This document shows positions 1 through 10,430 of a stretch of 64,000 nt of DNA, piece after piece (positions within the stretch are counted from its first letter, which is position 1; each line of letters opens with the position of its first letter). The stretch is from the IMG/VR virus record IMGVR_UViG_3300031963_000024, positions 5,753-69,752 of that record, one strand, 5' to 3'. The notes beneath the pieces were generated by a model. The model saw only the letters and a program-made list of their open reading frames with translations. It searched no databases and had not been told where the DNA came from. The DNA is from a virus. Lineage: Duplodnaviria > Heunggongvirae > Uroviricota > Caudoviricetes. A program made the translations under genes and the position numbers.

Positions 1-445
1 TAGTAGGTGTTACAGTGTTAGTAGGTGTTACAGTGTTAGTAGGCGTTACTGTTGGTGTTGGTGTTTCAGTTGCAGTAGGAGTACTAGTTGGTACTGTTGA
101 TGTTTCTGTTGGTGTTGGTGTTACTGTTGATGTTGGAGTAATTGTAGGTGTAACAGTTGGGGTAGGTGTTGGTGTTGGTGTAACACAACCTGATTGGTCA
201 GTGTTATATAATAATACTGACTGACCAGCAACTAAATTGACCCTTGTAACCGCCGAATAGACTGGTGTTCCTGTTGTTGAGCCAGTATAAATGCTAAATG
301 GACCCGCAGCATTCGATTGTGAACTTATTCTAACAATATATGTTTCAGAACAAGAACTGAAACTAACTTGGTTTTCAACAGTCGTACTTGGACAGCTTGG
401 GTCTTCGTTTACTATATAAATTGATACTGTATCTAAAGATGGCAT
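1..445 (-). CDS. PT-repeat putative virion adhesin/fibre protein, N-terminal part (runs off window start)
   Basis: Not in the ORF track. Read manually from ATG at 445: MPSLDTVSIYIVNEDPSCP...[21 protein letters not shown]..., open to base 1. TATTTAT motif 22 nt upstream. Confidence 0.85.
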   Translation of the reverse strand, partial: MPSLDTVSIYIVNEDPSCPSTTVENQVSFSSCSETYIVRISSQSNAAGPFSIYTGSTTGTPVYSAVTRVNLVAGQSVLLYNTDQSGCVTPTPTPTPTVTPTITPTSTVTPTPTETSTVPTSTPTATETPTPTVTPTNTVTPTNTVTPT

Positions 446-516
446 GGTTATCTGTTAACTTTAATAGATAAATACTTGATAAGTTAAATTAGATTAGTTG
501 TTTTTTTTTTATTTTT

Positions 517-843
517 TTAAACCGATTCTATATACGGTCCAAAACCACACGAGTCAACCACTACTTCAACACAAAAATCACATTCAGCAGTGTTAATTAT
601 AACCTCAAAACCACAAGTTAAATCACAAGTTAAAACTTTAAAAATTTCACAACCTAAACTGTCAATCATTTTTAAAATGATTTGAGGTGCGCCAACAAAT
701 ATTTGAGGTAAAATAAATGTTAAGGTTGGTGAAGTGGTACTACCAGTACCAATTAGAGTACAATTATTGAGGTCCAAACCACACATATAAAATGTAAATG
801 GAGCCGTTCCTGTTACTGATGTTATGTATAATTTTGCTCCCAT
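517..843 (-). CDS. 108-aa Cys-rich protein, stand-alone paralogue of the N-terminal domain of 849..2522
   Basis: The track ORF starts at 930, but ATG 843 (MGAKLYITSVTG) aligns with [12 protein letters not shown] and follows the upstream stop at 849-851. Confidence 0.75.
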   Translation of the reverse strand: MGAKLYITSVTGTAPFTFYMCGLDLNNCTLIGTGSTTSPTLTFILPQIFVGAPQIILKMIDSLGCEIFKVLTCDLTCGFEVIINTAECDFCVEVVVDSCGFGPYIESV

Positions 844-848
844 ATTCC

Positions 849-2522
849 TTATGCTGTATTTGTTGGTGTATTTGTTGGTGTTGGTGTTGGAGTAGGCTGT
901 GGGTATATTGCCCATCTGTCTTGTAACCATATGGTTAATCCTTCTAAGTTATTTCCACTCAAAGGTCGACTGTATATTAAATATTGTAAAATGAATCCAC
1001 TAAAATAATATACTTCACCAAAATCAACACCAAGATATATTCCATCAACTGTGTTTGATATTGTTGTACCAACATTTGATACAAAAGTTAAATTCTGTAA
1101 CACTCCATCAATATAAAACTTCAATCTATTTGAATTACCAGTTTGTGTTCCGTCAAAAACTAAAGTATGAATGTGGAAGTTTGTATCAACCGCAGTAGTA
1201 GTTGTTGCCAATCCACCCGCAGACCCAACTTGATATGTACCACCTGACAATCTAATGTAAATTTCATTAGTTGACGACCCTGATTCGCCCATTGACATTT
1301 GTTGTGTTGAAGATGGATTGAAAGTTTTTCCGACCCAAACAAAAGTTGCACCAGTACTGTTTTGTAAATCAACAAATGGGTTAACGCTCAATCCATCTGA
1401 TGTTCCGTCAAACCAAGTTCCTCCCGAAGAATTTTGAACATTAGACCACCATTGAGGTCTTGTTGTTGCTCCCCCTATTGGATTCGCATTATGAGCGGCA
1501 GATGAAAGGTCAGTCCATTGAGTAAATGTTGCACCACTTGTGGCTGCTCCAACAAAATTCAAGTTTGTCGAGGCATCATAATTAATTTCAAGTGTTGGGT
1601 CCGATGGTGATGGTGGAAGAGGAGTTGGTTCAGGTGTCGGAGTTGGAGTTTGAGTCGGTGTTATAGTATTGGTTGGTGTTTGTGTCGGCGTTTCACTTTG
1701 TGTCGGAGTGTTAGTAGGTGTAACTAATTGGTCTGTTGAAGTTGGCGTCTGAGTTGGAGTATCAGTTATTGTTGGCGTAGGAGTCTGAGTTGGAGTATCA
1801 GTTATTGTTGGCGTAGGGGTTTGGGTTGGAGTATCAGTTACCGTTGGCGTAGGGGTTTGGGTCGGTGTATCAGTTACCGTTGGCGTAGGGGTTTGGGTCG
1901 GTGTATCAGTTATTGTTGGCGTAGGAGTCTGAGTTGGAGTATCAGTTATTGTTGGCGTAGGGGTTTTGGTTGGAGTATCAGTTACCGTTGGCGTAGGGGT
2001 TTGGGTCGGTGTATCAGTTATTGTTGGCGTAGGAGTCTGAGTTGGAGTATCAGTTATTGTTGGCGTAGGAGTCTGAGTTGGAGTATCAGTTATTGTTGGC
2101 GTAGGGGTTTGGGTTGGAGTAGGAGTTACTGTCGGTGTGCTAGTTGGTGTTTCAGTATTAGTTGCTGTAGGTGTTGAAGTTATACTTGGTGTTGTTGGGA
2201 GAGCTTCAATATACGGTCCAAAACCACACAAATCAACCACCACTTCAACACAGAAATCACATTCGGCAGTATTAATTATGACCTCGAAACCACAAGATAA
2301 ATCACATGTGAATATTTTTTTAATCACACAATCATTACTGTCAATCATTTTAATCATGATTTGTGGTGCAGAATTAAATAAACTTGGTAATAAAAAAATA
2401 GGGTCAGGTGAATCTGTGGATACTGAACCTAATAAAAAAGAATTATTTTCAAAAATGTCACATACGTAAAAATCATATGGTGACGCTCCAGTAATTGATT
2501 GTATGGTTAACCTTGCGGCCAT
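849..2522 (-). CDS. Putative virion adhesin: Cys-rich N-domain, PT linker, LamG/concanavalin A-like domain
   Basis: 557 aa. 12-aa TPTQTPTPT(I/V)TD repeats, then a WTDLS...HIHTLVFDG...FYIDG...[15 protein letters not shown] LamG-type pattern. Confidence 0.8.
   Translation of the reverse strand: MAARLTIQSITGASPYDFYVCDIFENNSFLLGSVSTDSPDPIFLLPSLFNSAPQIMIKMIDSNDCVIKKIFTCDLSCGFEVIINTAECDFCVEVVVDLCGFGPYIEALPTTPSITSTPTATNTETPTSTPTVTPTPTQTPTPTITDTPTQTPTPTITDTPTQTPTPTITDTPTQTPTPTVTDTPTKTPTPTITDTPTQTPTPTITDTPTQTPTPTVTDTPTQTPTPTVTDTPTQTPTPTITDTPTQTPTPTITDTPTQTPTSTDQLVTPTNTPTQSETPTQTPTNTITPTQTPTPTPEPTPLPPSPSDPTLEINYDASTNLNFVGAATSGATFTQWTDLSSAAHNANPIGGATTRPQWWSNVQNSSGGTWFDGTSDGLSVNPFVDLQNSTGATFVWVGKTFNPSSTQQMSMGESGSSTNEIYIRLSGGTYQVGSAGGLATTTTAVDTNFHIHTLVFDGTQTGNSNRLKFYIDGVLQNLTFVSNVGTTISNTVDGIYLGVDFGEVYYFSGFILQYLIYSRPLSGNNLEGLTIWLQDRWAIYPQPTPTPTPTNTPTNTA
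1741..2130 (-). repeat. Coding tandem repeat, 36-nt unit, 10 copies plus a partial (TPTQTPTPT[I/V]TD)
   Basis: Repeats directly visible in the DNA (e.g. ggagtatcagttattgttggcgtagg) and in the protein. Confidence 0.95.
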
Positions 2523-4645
2523 TATGATTCACAAATTATATTATATTCTATACGTAATCCCACAATAAACTCTGAGTCACTAAGCGGGTCTGTATTACCA
2601 TCACAATCTGATTTTACCTCAATAATATTTGTTTGTGGATTTACCGTATAACTTGCAACACCTGTAATTCCCGATAAAATACTTTCTAACGCATCTACCC
2701 ATTGAGATTCGCTTGGAACGTCTGTTAGTGTTGTACCAGTGTAAAAACTTTGTTGATATGTATTACCACTGACTTCTATTGTTGCAATATAAGTTGCCGC
2801 GGATAAAACACAGTTCGTATTACCCGTAGTTAAGTCATAAAAACCTTCATTGACCATTGTATCAAAATCTCTTTTGTTATTAACTGTTGTGTTAAATCCA
2901 CTACTAATGACCGGTACAACTTGATACCCAACAATAAAAGGTGTACAAGGAACAATGACACTCCTTGTTAATGTACAACCACTTGAATCGGAAACTGTTA
3001 CACTAAAGGTTCCACCCGTCAAATTAGAAATGCTTGGTCCTGATTGACCAATCGGTACGTTGTCTGACCATTGATATGTAAATGGGGGTGTGCCAGAAAA
3101 TACACTTACAGTAATTGTACCACCTGAACCACTATTACCACAACTTGTTGACTCCATACCATAATCTAATGAGCTGGATGAACTAATCGAAAATGATTGA
3201 TATACTGAACAGTTGTCTTCGTCTCTAACTTGTAAAGTGTAACTACCCGATGATAATCCATTAAAAGTGACTGCTGATTGTGGAACATCAATATACTGAA
3301 TCACAGGTATATTATTTTTTGTTAGAATCATATCTAACACACCTGTGTATCCTGTTCCAACCTGAACAAAACATGAACCATTATCCTGACCACATGTTGT
3401 TGCCGAAAGTGTTGTTGTTATACTAAACTTATCATTAGTAAATAGTGTAACATCTTGAGTAAATACACATCCGTTGGTATTACTTATAATTACAGTATAT
3501 TCACCTGAATCTAAGTCAGTATAATTTTGTGTTGTTAAATTTGTTGTAAATGATTCGGTACTCAAATCAGGTTTGACTAATGTATATATAAAAGGACCAT
3601 TACCAAGAACGTTGACCGAAATAGTTCCACCACTTGCTGAACATATAGAATTTTGTGTGTTAATTGACAATACTGAAAATCCAGCATTTGGTTGTAAATA
3701 AACACTACCTGTTACTGAACATAGAGCCGAATCCGTCACAGTAAAAATTGCAGTACCAGGTGTAAATCCTGTAAATATTAGATTGGTTGCATAACTAATT
3801 AATGTTGTACCATTTGTCCCTGAATAGAAAAATGGACCTGTACCGCCAGTAATTATAATATTTACAGAGCCATCAGCGGCAAAACAACTTGGGCTTACGG
3901 TTTGAAACGATACTATTTGTAACGGGTCAGCGGTTTCAACCTCAACTGATTTTGTCACACTACATCCTGCAGAATCACTAACTGTGACACTATAGGTGGA
4001 AGCGGTTAACCCTGTAATCGTCGTTCCTGTCGAACCATCACTCCAAAGATATGTAAATGGAACTGAACCTGTTAATCCTGTAATTTGTAACTTACCTGTG
4101 GGACCAAAACAATTTGTATCGTCAACAACAAAAAAACCATAATCTACAGATGTTGATGAATTAACTATTACTGACTCTGAATATCCTGAACAACCACCAT
4201 AATCCTCATAGTAAGTTCTATAAACACCAGGTGCTAAGTTTACAAATGATAACTCACCGTTAGTTGTTACGGCACTTTGAACTATGGTATCTCCTGAATA
4301 TAAATTTATAGTTATTGGATAAGCGGTTGACTGACCACTTATTGATATTACGCCATTATTTTGTCCACAAGTTGTGGCACTAACAGAACTTACACTTAGA
4401 CATCCACCACTCGAAACTATTATATTTATGTAAAATTCATTATTTACATCACCCAAAGAATCATTGGCTCTTACAATGTAAACGCCAGCATCCAATCCTG
4501 TTTTAGTACTTCCAGTTCCAATGTTTGGGTCAACCCAATCAATAGTATATGGTTCAACACCACCCGAAAGAGAAATATAGATAGCACCACTACCATTATT
4601 GGAACAATCACCTGTTACTGAAAACTCATACTGAAAATTTGCCAT
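2522..4645 (-). CDS. SprB-repeat-containing putative virion protein
   Basis: Repeated G.I......GG..P(Y/F)TY.WS.G....I..L..G.Y.VTV.D..GC units. Likely start ATG 4645 (TAATG overlap), not 4654. Confidence 0.75.
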   Translation of the reverse strand: MANFQYEFSVTGDCSNNGSGAIYISLSGGVEPYTIDWVDPNIGTGSTKTGLDAGVYIVRANDSLGDVNNEFYINIIVSSGGCLSVSSVSATTCGQNNGVISISGQSTAYPITINLYSGDTIVQSAVTTNGELSFVNLAPGVYRTYYEDYGGCSGYSESVIVNSSTSVDYGFFVVDDTNCFGPTGKLQITGLTGSVPFTYLWSDGSTGTTITGLTASTYSVTVSDSAGCSVTKSVEVETADPLQIVSFQTVSPSCFAADGSVNIIITGGTGPFFYSGTNGTTLISYATNLIFTGFTPGTAIFTVTDSALCSVTGSVYLQPNAGFSVLSINTQNSICSASGGTISVNVLGNGPFIYTLVKPDLSTESFTTNLTTQNYTDLDSGEYTVIISNTNGCVFTQDVTLFTNDKFSITTTLSATTCGQDNGSCFVQVGTGYTGVLDMILTKNNIPVIQYIDVPQSAVTFNGLSSGSYTLQVRDEDNCSVYQSFSISSSSSLDYGMESTSCGNSGSGGTITVSVFSGTPPFTYQWSDNVPIGQSGPSISNLTGGTFSVTVSDSSGCTLTRSVIVPCTPFIVGYQVVPVISSGFNTTVNNKRDFDTMVNEGFYDLTTGNTNCVLSAATYIATIEVSGNTYQQSFYTGTTLTDVPSESQWVDALESILSGITGVASYTVNPQTNIIEVKSDCDGNTDPLSDSEFIVGLRIEYNIICES

Positions 4646-7569
4646 TATCCACAAGAAATAGTTGCGTTTATCCCTACATTAAGAGTAAGTGTTTTGTCTT
4701 TAAATAGTTCCATACAACCTGAGTTTGATATTATAATTCTTTCTGAATTAACATTATAGTTTAATCCATATTGGTAAATAGTTGATAAGTAAGTATCTAA
4801 TCCATCTATCCATTGTTGTTCTGTTGGTATACCATTTATACCATAACCAGTAAAGAATGGTTGTTGTACTAATATTGTATCATCTAATCTTAAATCAATA
4901 TACCAAACAGCGGTAATTGAATTGAGGTCACAGTTTTGTAATTGGAACCCTTGTTCGGTGACAACGCCATTTAATGCGATATATAGAGCATCTGAGAAGG
5001 AATCGATTGTCGAGCTTGTTCCACTCCAAGGAATAGTTGCACCTGATATTGTTTCGTCAATACAATCATATGCAAATAAAACACCAGTTGCGGTGCAGGG
5101 TACACACGGTACTGCAACAAATTGACAACCCCTTTGTTTTCTGTAAACATACTTTTGTCTATGAAAAGCAGAGTTTTCATATTTCAAACCACCGTTCCAT
5201 ATTGTTGATGATGGAATAACCTGTTCAACTAATTTTGTCCAATAATTACCAATTCCGATTGAGTAGTCAATCATTTTTTGATAAGTGTATTTTGAGGTAT
5301 CAACACCAGCTAACTCTAAGGATTGTAAATAATTCCAATATACTAATTGTAGTGTTGGGTATCCTGAAGATTTACCATCATTTGTAAACCATCTATTTCT
5401 AACGTTAATCATGTTGTGGTAAAATGATTGTGCAAACTCAGCGAATGTTTTAGTTTGTGGTTGTGGACTAATCACTGTCCAATCTATATTACCAGGAGAT
5501 GGATAAGGTGTTGTTAAACCAGTATATGGTATTGGGTAATCATATTCATTCGATTGTGACCAAACATCATAAGTGATTCCCTGACCAACATTCAAAAATA
5601 AATCAACATTTTTTACGTTAAGTGTCAAACTGTTGTCCAATGATGTCGGTGTTGACTCATCAGCAATTGATTTTGCATTATCTTTGAAAGAATTAATTGT
5701 GAATCCTAAACTACCCATATTTGGGAAATTTCTATATCTTTGTAAAAATTGTTGTCCGTATGATGGAGCAACTTTTGTAACCTGTATAGTCGGCGTTGTT
5801 GATGTATATGTTAGATTCGTTATTTCTACCAAATTTTCACTGACGTGAAATGAATTTTGTTCATACCAACCTTGACCTTGTTGGAAAAAGAAATTTGTTG
5901 TTTGGTCAGGTGTTTTTGGAAACCCATCAATATTGATTGGGTAATCAGTAATTAAAAAGTCCGACTCTGTCGCAACTAAATTTGTTGTGAATGCGCTGTA
6001 AACCCTTCCTCTAATTTTGTATTCAGAACCAACCAAATATCCTGGTATCTGTTGTTGATAAGTACCACCTGAGATTTGAACATATTGTGTTAAGAAATCT
6101 TCGTATTTTAATTTTCTATCTGCGGTGTATATAGTTTCATTGAATTCAATCAAAGCATCAGGTGCACCAATAGTTCTCATCAAAAATTCTATGGATTTTC
6201 TTGTCCCTTTCGAGCGGAATAAATTTGATGCGTTTAAGATTAATCTTCTATAATATTCAAAATTTAATTCTGTAGGTGTTTGGTCTCTTGTCCATCCATC
6301 ATAAATTGATTTGTTTTTAACACCATAAATTGACGTTAAAAAATCTTCATTTGTGATTGGTGAAATATTTGTATCCCACCCTAATGTCTTAGCCAAATAA
6401 ACTAACAAAGCGGATGGTATATCATTTTCAGGAACATATTCCACAGATGTCATTGTTGCCAACGAATCAATAAAAATTTTTGTTTCATCAAAACTTCTAC
6501 CGTAGATTTGAATAACCTTTTCAACTTTTTGGTCATTTGTATCAAATTCGTGAAATGCATCTGTGGTTAAAAATCTACTGATTAAATTTGTTTTAAATGT
6601 ATCTAATTGTTCACCGTAAGAACTTAATGTTTCCAAGTAAACATCATAGGCGGTTGTAATAATATCCAAATTCCATACACCTAATAATGGCCAAGTTAAA
6701 TAAACATATGATGTATAAAAAGTACCATCATCAGTTTGTTGTGGTAGTTTAAATTGTGCAGTATATTTTGGAACTACAAATCTATTTAATAAAAATTTTT
6801 GTATCTCATCAAAATCATTATTAAAAACCATTTCAGTTTTTAATTTATTCGGTCTCATTACCAAAGTATTTGTTGTTGTAACATCACCTGAAAATGGATT
6901 TCCACTAACGGTAATTGATAATGTTCCACTTGTTGTTGAATTTGAGGCTGTGAATAACATGAATTGATATTCTGTTGACCCGGTGCCAATAAACAAAGAA
7001 TAATCTCTAAAAAACGTGGTCATATCCCTTAAGGGACTAACAGGTGTTGGTCTAAGAGCAATGTTCCTTGCCGCGTTTTGTGAAAAATCAATATCGAAAA
7101 TATTTTTGATTCTTTGAACGTCCACGTCAAAACTTGTTGTGTTTTCGTTTTGATTGAATACGATGTTTGTCGCGGTATTAGCTGTGCTAAAATCAAAATA
7201 AACTTGGTCAACTTCAATAGCCGCTGGAAAGAAATTAATAATTTGTGTTATCGATGTTGAAAGTCTTTTACTTAATGACCCATATAATGTGAAGTTTGTT
7301 ACCTCAGTCAAATCATATGACGGATAAACTTTTAAGTCTTTCGATAATGCTTCTTTTGCCTCAAGTATATTAACGTTCAAATCACTCAGGGTGATTGGGT
7401 TTGAGAAAACACCCGATTGATAATCATTATCAATCTTTTCAACCACCCCATAATTCCATATAAAATTTGTGTTTGTTAATCCACCACCTTGCGTTGTCTG
7501 AAAACCAACTAAATCTTCGTTGGGGTCAAGAAAACCTGCGCCAGGATTTGGGATAACTATTCTACTCAT
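4645..7569 (-). CDS. Baseplate wedge protein, P2 gpI/T4 gp7-like
   Basis: LAKTLGW...RRLILNASNLFRSKGTRKSIEFLMRTIG matches the P2-I-type signature; lies in the baseplate locus. Confidence 0.65.
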   Translation of the reverse strand: MSRIVIPNPGAGFLDPNEDLVGFQTTQGGGLTNTNFIWNYGVVEKIDNDYQSGVFSNPITLSDLNVNILEAKEALSKDLKVYPSYDLTEVTNFTLYGSLSKRLSTSITQIINFFPAAIEVDQVYFDFSTANTATNIVFNQNENTTSFDVDVQRIKNIFDIDFSQNAARNIALRPTPVSPLRDMTTFFRDYSLFIGTGSTEYQFMLFTASNSTTSGTLSITVSGNPFSGDVTTTNTLVMRPNKLKTEMVFNNDFDEIQKFLLNRFVVPKYTAQFKLPQQTDDGTFYTSYVYLTWPLLGVWNLDIITTAYDVYLETLSSYGEQLDTFKTNLISRFLTTDAFHEFDTNDQKVEKVIQIYGRSFDETKIFIDSLATMTSVEYVPENDIPSALLVYLAKTLGWDTNISPITNEDFLTSIYGVKNKSIYDGWTRDQTPTELNFEYYRRLILNASNLFRSKGTRKSIEFLMRTIGAPDALIEFNETIYTADRKLKYEDFLTQYVQISGGTYQQQIPGYLVGSEYKIRGRVYSAFTTNLVATESDFLITDYPINIDGFPKTPDQTTNFFFQQGQGWYEQNSFHVSENLVEITNLTYTSTTPTIQVTKVAPSYGQQFLQRYRNFPNMGSLGFTINSFKDNAKSIADESTPTSLDNSLTLNVKNVDLFLNVGQGITYDVWSQSNEYDYPIPYTGLTTPYPSPGNIDWTVISPQPQTKTFAEFAQSFYHNMINVRNRWFTNDGKSSGYPTLQLVYWNYLQSLELAGVDTSKYTYQKMIDYSIGIGNYWTKLVEQVIPSSTIWNGGLKYENSAFHRQKYVYRKQRGCQFVAVPCVPCTATGVLFAYDCIDETISGATIPWSGTSSTIDSFSDALYIALNGVVTEQGFQLQNCDLNSITAVWYIDLRLDDTILVQQPFFTGYGINGIPTEQQWIDGLDTYLSTIYQYGLNYNVNSERIIISNSGCMELFKDKTLTLNVGINATISCG

Positions 7570-8480
7570 TATGGTATGATATTGTCAAAACTAACACTAA
7601 AGTCAATATTATTATTTCTATCTTGACGAACTTCATATAACAAGTCACCAAACTCACTTCTAATTTCAAACAAGTTGTATTGTTTGTAAATTCTACTTTC
7701 TGAGTCGTAAATAGTGTAGATACCTGTATCGATTGCTTTGCTTTGATTACCGTAAAGAGCTACAGCAATACTGTTCAAGTCATACTCAGCCATCTCTATT
7801 TCAATGGTGAAAGGATTAAAGAATGTATTAGTCAAAATAACTTGTTGTCCTGGCTGTCCAATGTATGGAACTGCGTTTGGGTTATTGGATGGTGCGCTTG
7901 ATGGTGACACAGTTGCAAATACTAAGTTTCTTGCACTTGGTGAGTCGATATATCTATATCTCACAGAGTTCACATTACCAGCTGCGGGGTTACTAATTAC
8001 AGTATCCACAAAGAAAGATGATGTTACGATTCTATAAAAATTGGGTATTTTGGTACCGTCTGTGTTTAAATATTCAACACGATATCCAACTAAACCTTGT
8101 GAAATAAATCTATTTCTAAATGCTGATGGTACATTATTAGTGTCCATTATAATACCCTTAACATTTGGTAAAGCAGATAATACACCACAATCTGTCAAAG
8201 TAGTTCGTATTTGTGCCGGTCTAATCATTAAAGTGTATATACCAATTTTATTAAATTCATTTGCCGGTAATTTTAAATTATATAATCCACCCAATATTTC
8301 ATTACTATTACCACCTGTGTTTCCGTTATTGAAATAAGGTGTTAATATTTGTGATGCGTTGAGTTTTTTAATAATCGGTGTTGATGTAAAGTCACGTGAC
8401 GGTGTATACACCAAGATGATTTCAACATCTTCAGGTGCCATGTCGGCTGGGCGAGTTATGCCATATGTTCCTAGTGCCAT
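7569..8480 (-). CDS. Hypothetical protein, probably baseplate/tail-associated
   Basis: 303-aa ORF, tightly coupled within the structural operon. Confidence 0.6.
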   Translation of the reverse strand: MALGTYGITRPADMAPEDVEIILVYTPSRDFTSTPIIKKLNASQILTPYFNNGNTGGNSNEILGGLYNLKLPANEFNKIGIYTLMIRPAQIRTTLTDCGVLSALPNVKGIIMDTNNVPSAFRNRFISQGLVGYRVEYLNTDGTKIPNFYRIVTSSFFVDTVISNPAAGNVNSVRYRYIDSPSARNLVFATVSPSSAPSNNPNAVPYIGQPGQQVILTNTFFNPFTIEIEMAEYDLNSIAVALYGNQSKAIDTGIYTIYDSESRIYKQYNLFEIRSEFGDLLYEVRQDRNNNIDFSVSFDNIIP

Positions 8481-8481
8481 T

Positions 8482-9585
8482 TTATTGTTCTGTTAGTTTA
8501 AAATATCCATATCCGTATTTTATGAGGTCACCAAGATTGTCAACTTCACCTAATCTAAGTAAACTTTCCGTTCCTGATAATTTGCCCCTATCTATAAATA
8601 CATTTGATTGTATTTCTGTAGCGTTCACCATACCAATTAATATTTCTTCTTTTACAATTGGAACTGGTGTTATGTTGTTTTCTGTTAATCCTGACGAGTT
8701 AGCAATGAATAATGTATATCCTTGAGGGAAATCATAATATAATGTATTCAAATATGTGTAACCTGTGTAATCAGGTCCTAAATTTTGGACGTACCCAATA
8801 ATTTCCCCTTTTTGAATTACGGGAGCGCCGGGAATGTATGGGTTAGGACCATATTGTTTTAATTGTGTCAATTTTGAACTTGTAAATCCTGAAACTAAAA
8901 ATGGTATTGTAGTATAGTTTGAAGATATTTGAGACTGAATATTATTTTCACTATCTCCTGTGAATATCCATTTATATGATATCGGTGTTCCTGACCAATA
9001 ACCATCGCGAGGCACAAAATAATATTCACCGTCAGGATTGTCAAAACTAATATCGGTATATGGTATTGTTATTTTTTTAGTGGTGACTGTAGTACCCCAA
9101 GCTGCGGTGCCACTTAAACTAACATTATATACTTTTGATGAGCCATCAGATAGTGGAGCATAGTCATGTGATACAAAGTCAGGATATTTTTTAATAATCG
9201 TTTCATTTGGTTGATTATCACCCCAATCAATTTCATATACAATATCTTGTGCTAAAATTTCTGAGGTATTATATAGATATAATGTGTATGCGGAATTACC
9301 CGTTACACCACTATATACAAAATTATTATTAATATCTTTTTGATATATGGCACCGTCGAATCCTGAATAATATCCAATATCTTTGTATGTTTGTTTAAAC
9401 ATTACAGGTATTGTTAGTCCTGTCAATACTGAATCACCGTTGGTCCCCCCTGACAACAAATAAGTCATTCCCGTCCAAGCGGGTTCATCTCTTCCACCAC
9501 CATCGGGAAATGGAACATAAACTTCTACCTTGGCAGATTCTAAAAATTCTTGTGAAATCACTATATTATATTGTTCTGTCTTCAT
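8482..9585 (-). CDS. Putative virion protein with a PKD-like domain
   Basis: YEIDWGD...HDY PKD-type signature. Confidence 0.55.
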   Translation of the reverse strand: MKTEQYNIVISQEFLESAKVEVYVPFPDGGGRDEPAWTGMTYLLSGGTNGDSVLTGLTIPVMFKQTYKDIGYYSGFDGAIYQKDINNNFVYSGVTGNSAYTLYLYNTSEILAQDIVYEIDWGDNQPNETIIKKYPDFVSHDYAPLSDGSSKVYNVSLSGTAAWGTTVTTKKITIPYTDISFDNPDGEYYFVPRDGYWSGTPISYKWIFTGDSENNIQSQISSNYTTIPFLVSGFTSSKLTQLKQYGPNPYIPGAPVIQKGEIIGYVQNLGPDYTGYTYLNTLYYDFPQGYTLFIANSSGLTENNITPVPIVKEEILIGMVNATEIQSNVFIDRGKLSGTESLLRLGEVDNLGDLIKYGYGYFKLTEQ

Positions 9586-10430
9586 GGATTTACATATTCA
9601 TACCACTTAATCGGATTATAATCCGTACCAACTTTTGTTAAATTTCCTAATTGGTCTTTTAAAAATACCTCATAGGTATAATCATCGTAATTTAACTTAA
9701 GTGTATAGTAGAAATTTAATTCTTGTGAAAAGTTAAATTTATCTTGTTTTGTTCCTTGTGGTGTATTCATCATTCTTTTAAATCCACCAATGTTAGCATC
9801 ATAAAATTTTGCTGACATAAATAATGTATCCACTTCGGGGTTCAAAAATTCAGGTGATTTTAACCAATATACAAAGTATCCCTCTTTGTCACCCGTAAAG
9901 TTCAGTTGGTATTCAGGTTTTCTGATTGCAACGGTGTTCTGTCCTATGATTGCAGATGTTGTCAGACCCTGTTGAGTTGGAATTATTATGGTTAACAAGT
10001 TTCGTTGTACGGTACTTTTCTCTGAATCATAAAAATCTAATTTGAAATAAGACTTTGAAAAAACATCCTCATTATAATAAATTTGTCTACTCGTAAATCC
10101 ATTAGCTCTGTAATCCGATACCCACGCTGTGTTTGTTGTGGTTGCAGTTATTGATGAATCAGTTGTTGCAGAATAAAAATAAAAATCATAATGTGTACTT
10201 GTTTTAGACCCAACATCAATGACCTGTGGTGCCCAAGGCGCATGTGAATATCTTATGGTTTCAAAATTATCAATTGGGTTAATTGCTTGTTGAATAATTT
10301 CATTTTCAAAAACCTCAATGGCATCGTTAACACCATTCAAATCCCAAGTAGTTAATATTGGAACTTGTAACGCTAAATCGTTGTCATTGGCGTTTTGAAT
10401 TGGGTTATATCTTAATCTTAAATTATTCAC
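9582..10430 (-). CDS. Hypothetical protein, structural operon
   Basis: 282-aa ORF overlapping both neighbours. Confidence 0.6.
   Translation of the reverse strand: MNNLRLRYNPIQNANDNDLALQVPILTTWDLNGVNDAIEVFENEIIQQAINPIDNFETIRYSHAPWAPQVIDVGSKTSTHYDFYFYSATTDSSITATTTNTAWVSDYRANGFTSRQIYYNEDVFSKSYFKLDFYDSEKSTVQRNLLTIIIPTQQGLTTSAIIGQNTVAIRKPEYQLNFTGDKEGYFVYWLKSPEFLNPEVDTLFMSAKFYDANIGGFKRMMNTPQGTKQDKFNFSQELNFYYTLKLNYDDYTYEVFLKDQLGNLTKVGTDYNPIKWYEYVNP

Noticed and set aside
15-224. Val/Gly-rich plus-strand ORF (similarly 1821..2177, 2137..2469, 58808..59101)
   Set aside because: Antisense shadows of PT-repeat codons; no independent start signals.
497-520. T10-A-T7 homopolymer after the 108-aa gene as a phase-variation or frameshift site
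   Set aside because: All three frames stop before the next gene (ATG 445), so no fusion would be restored; more likely an A-rich spacer.
1741-2130. 36-nt tandem repeats as a CRISPR array (also 58740-59100)
   Set aside because: No unique spacers; the repeats are in-frame coding PT linkers.
526-2309. Duplicated 105-nt block as a diversity-generating retroelement TR/VR pair
   Set aside because: Differences are mostly third-position C/T changes, not adenine-specific, and no reverse transcriptase is in the window.
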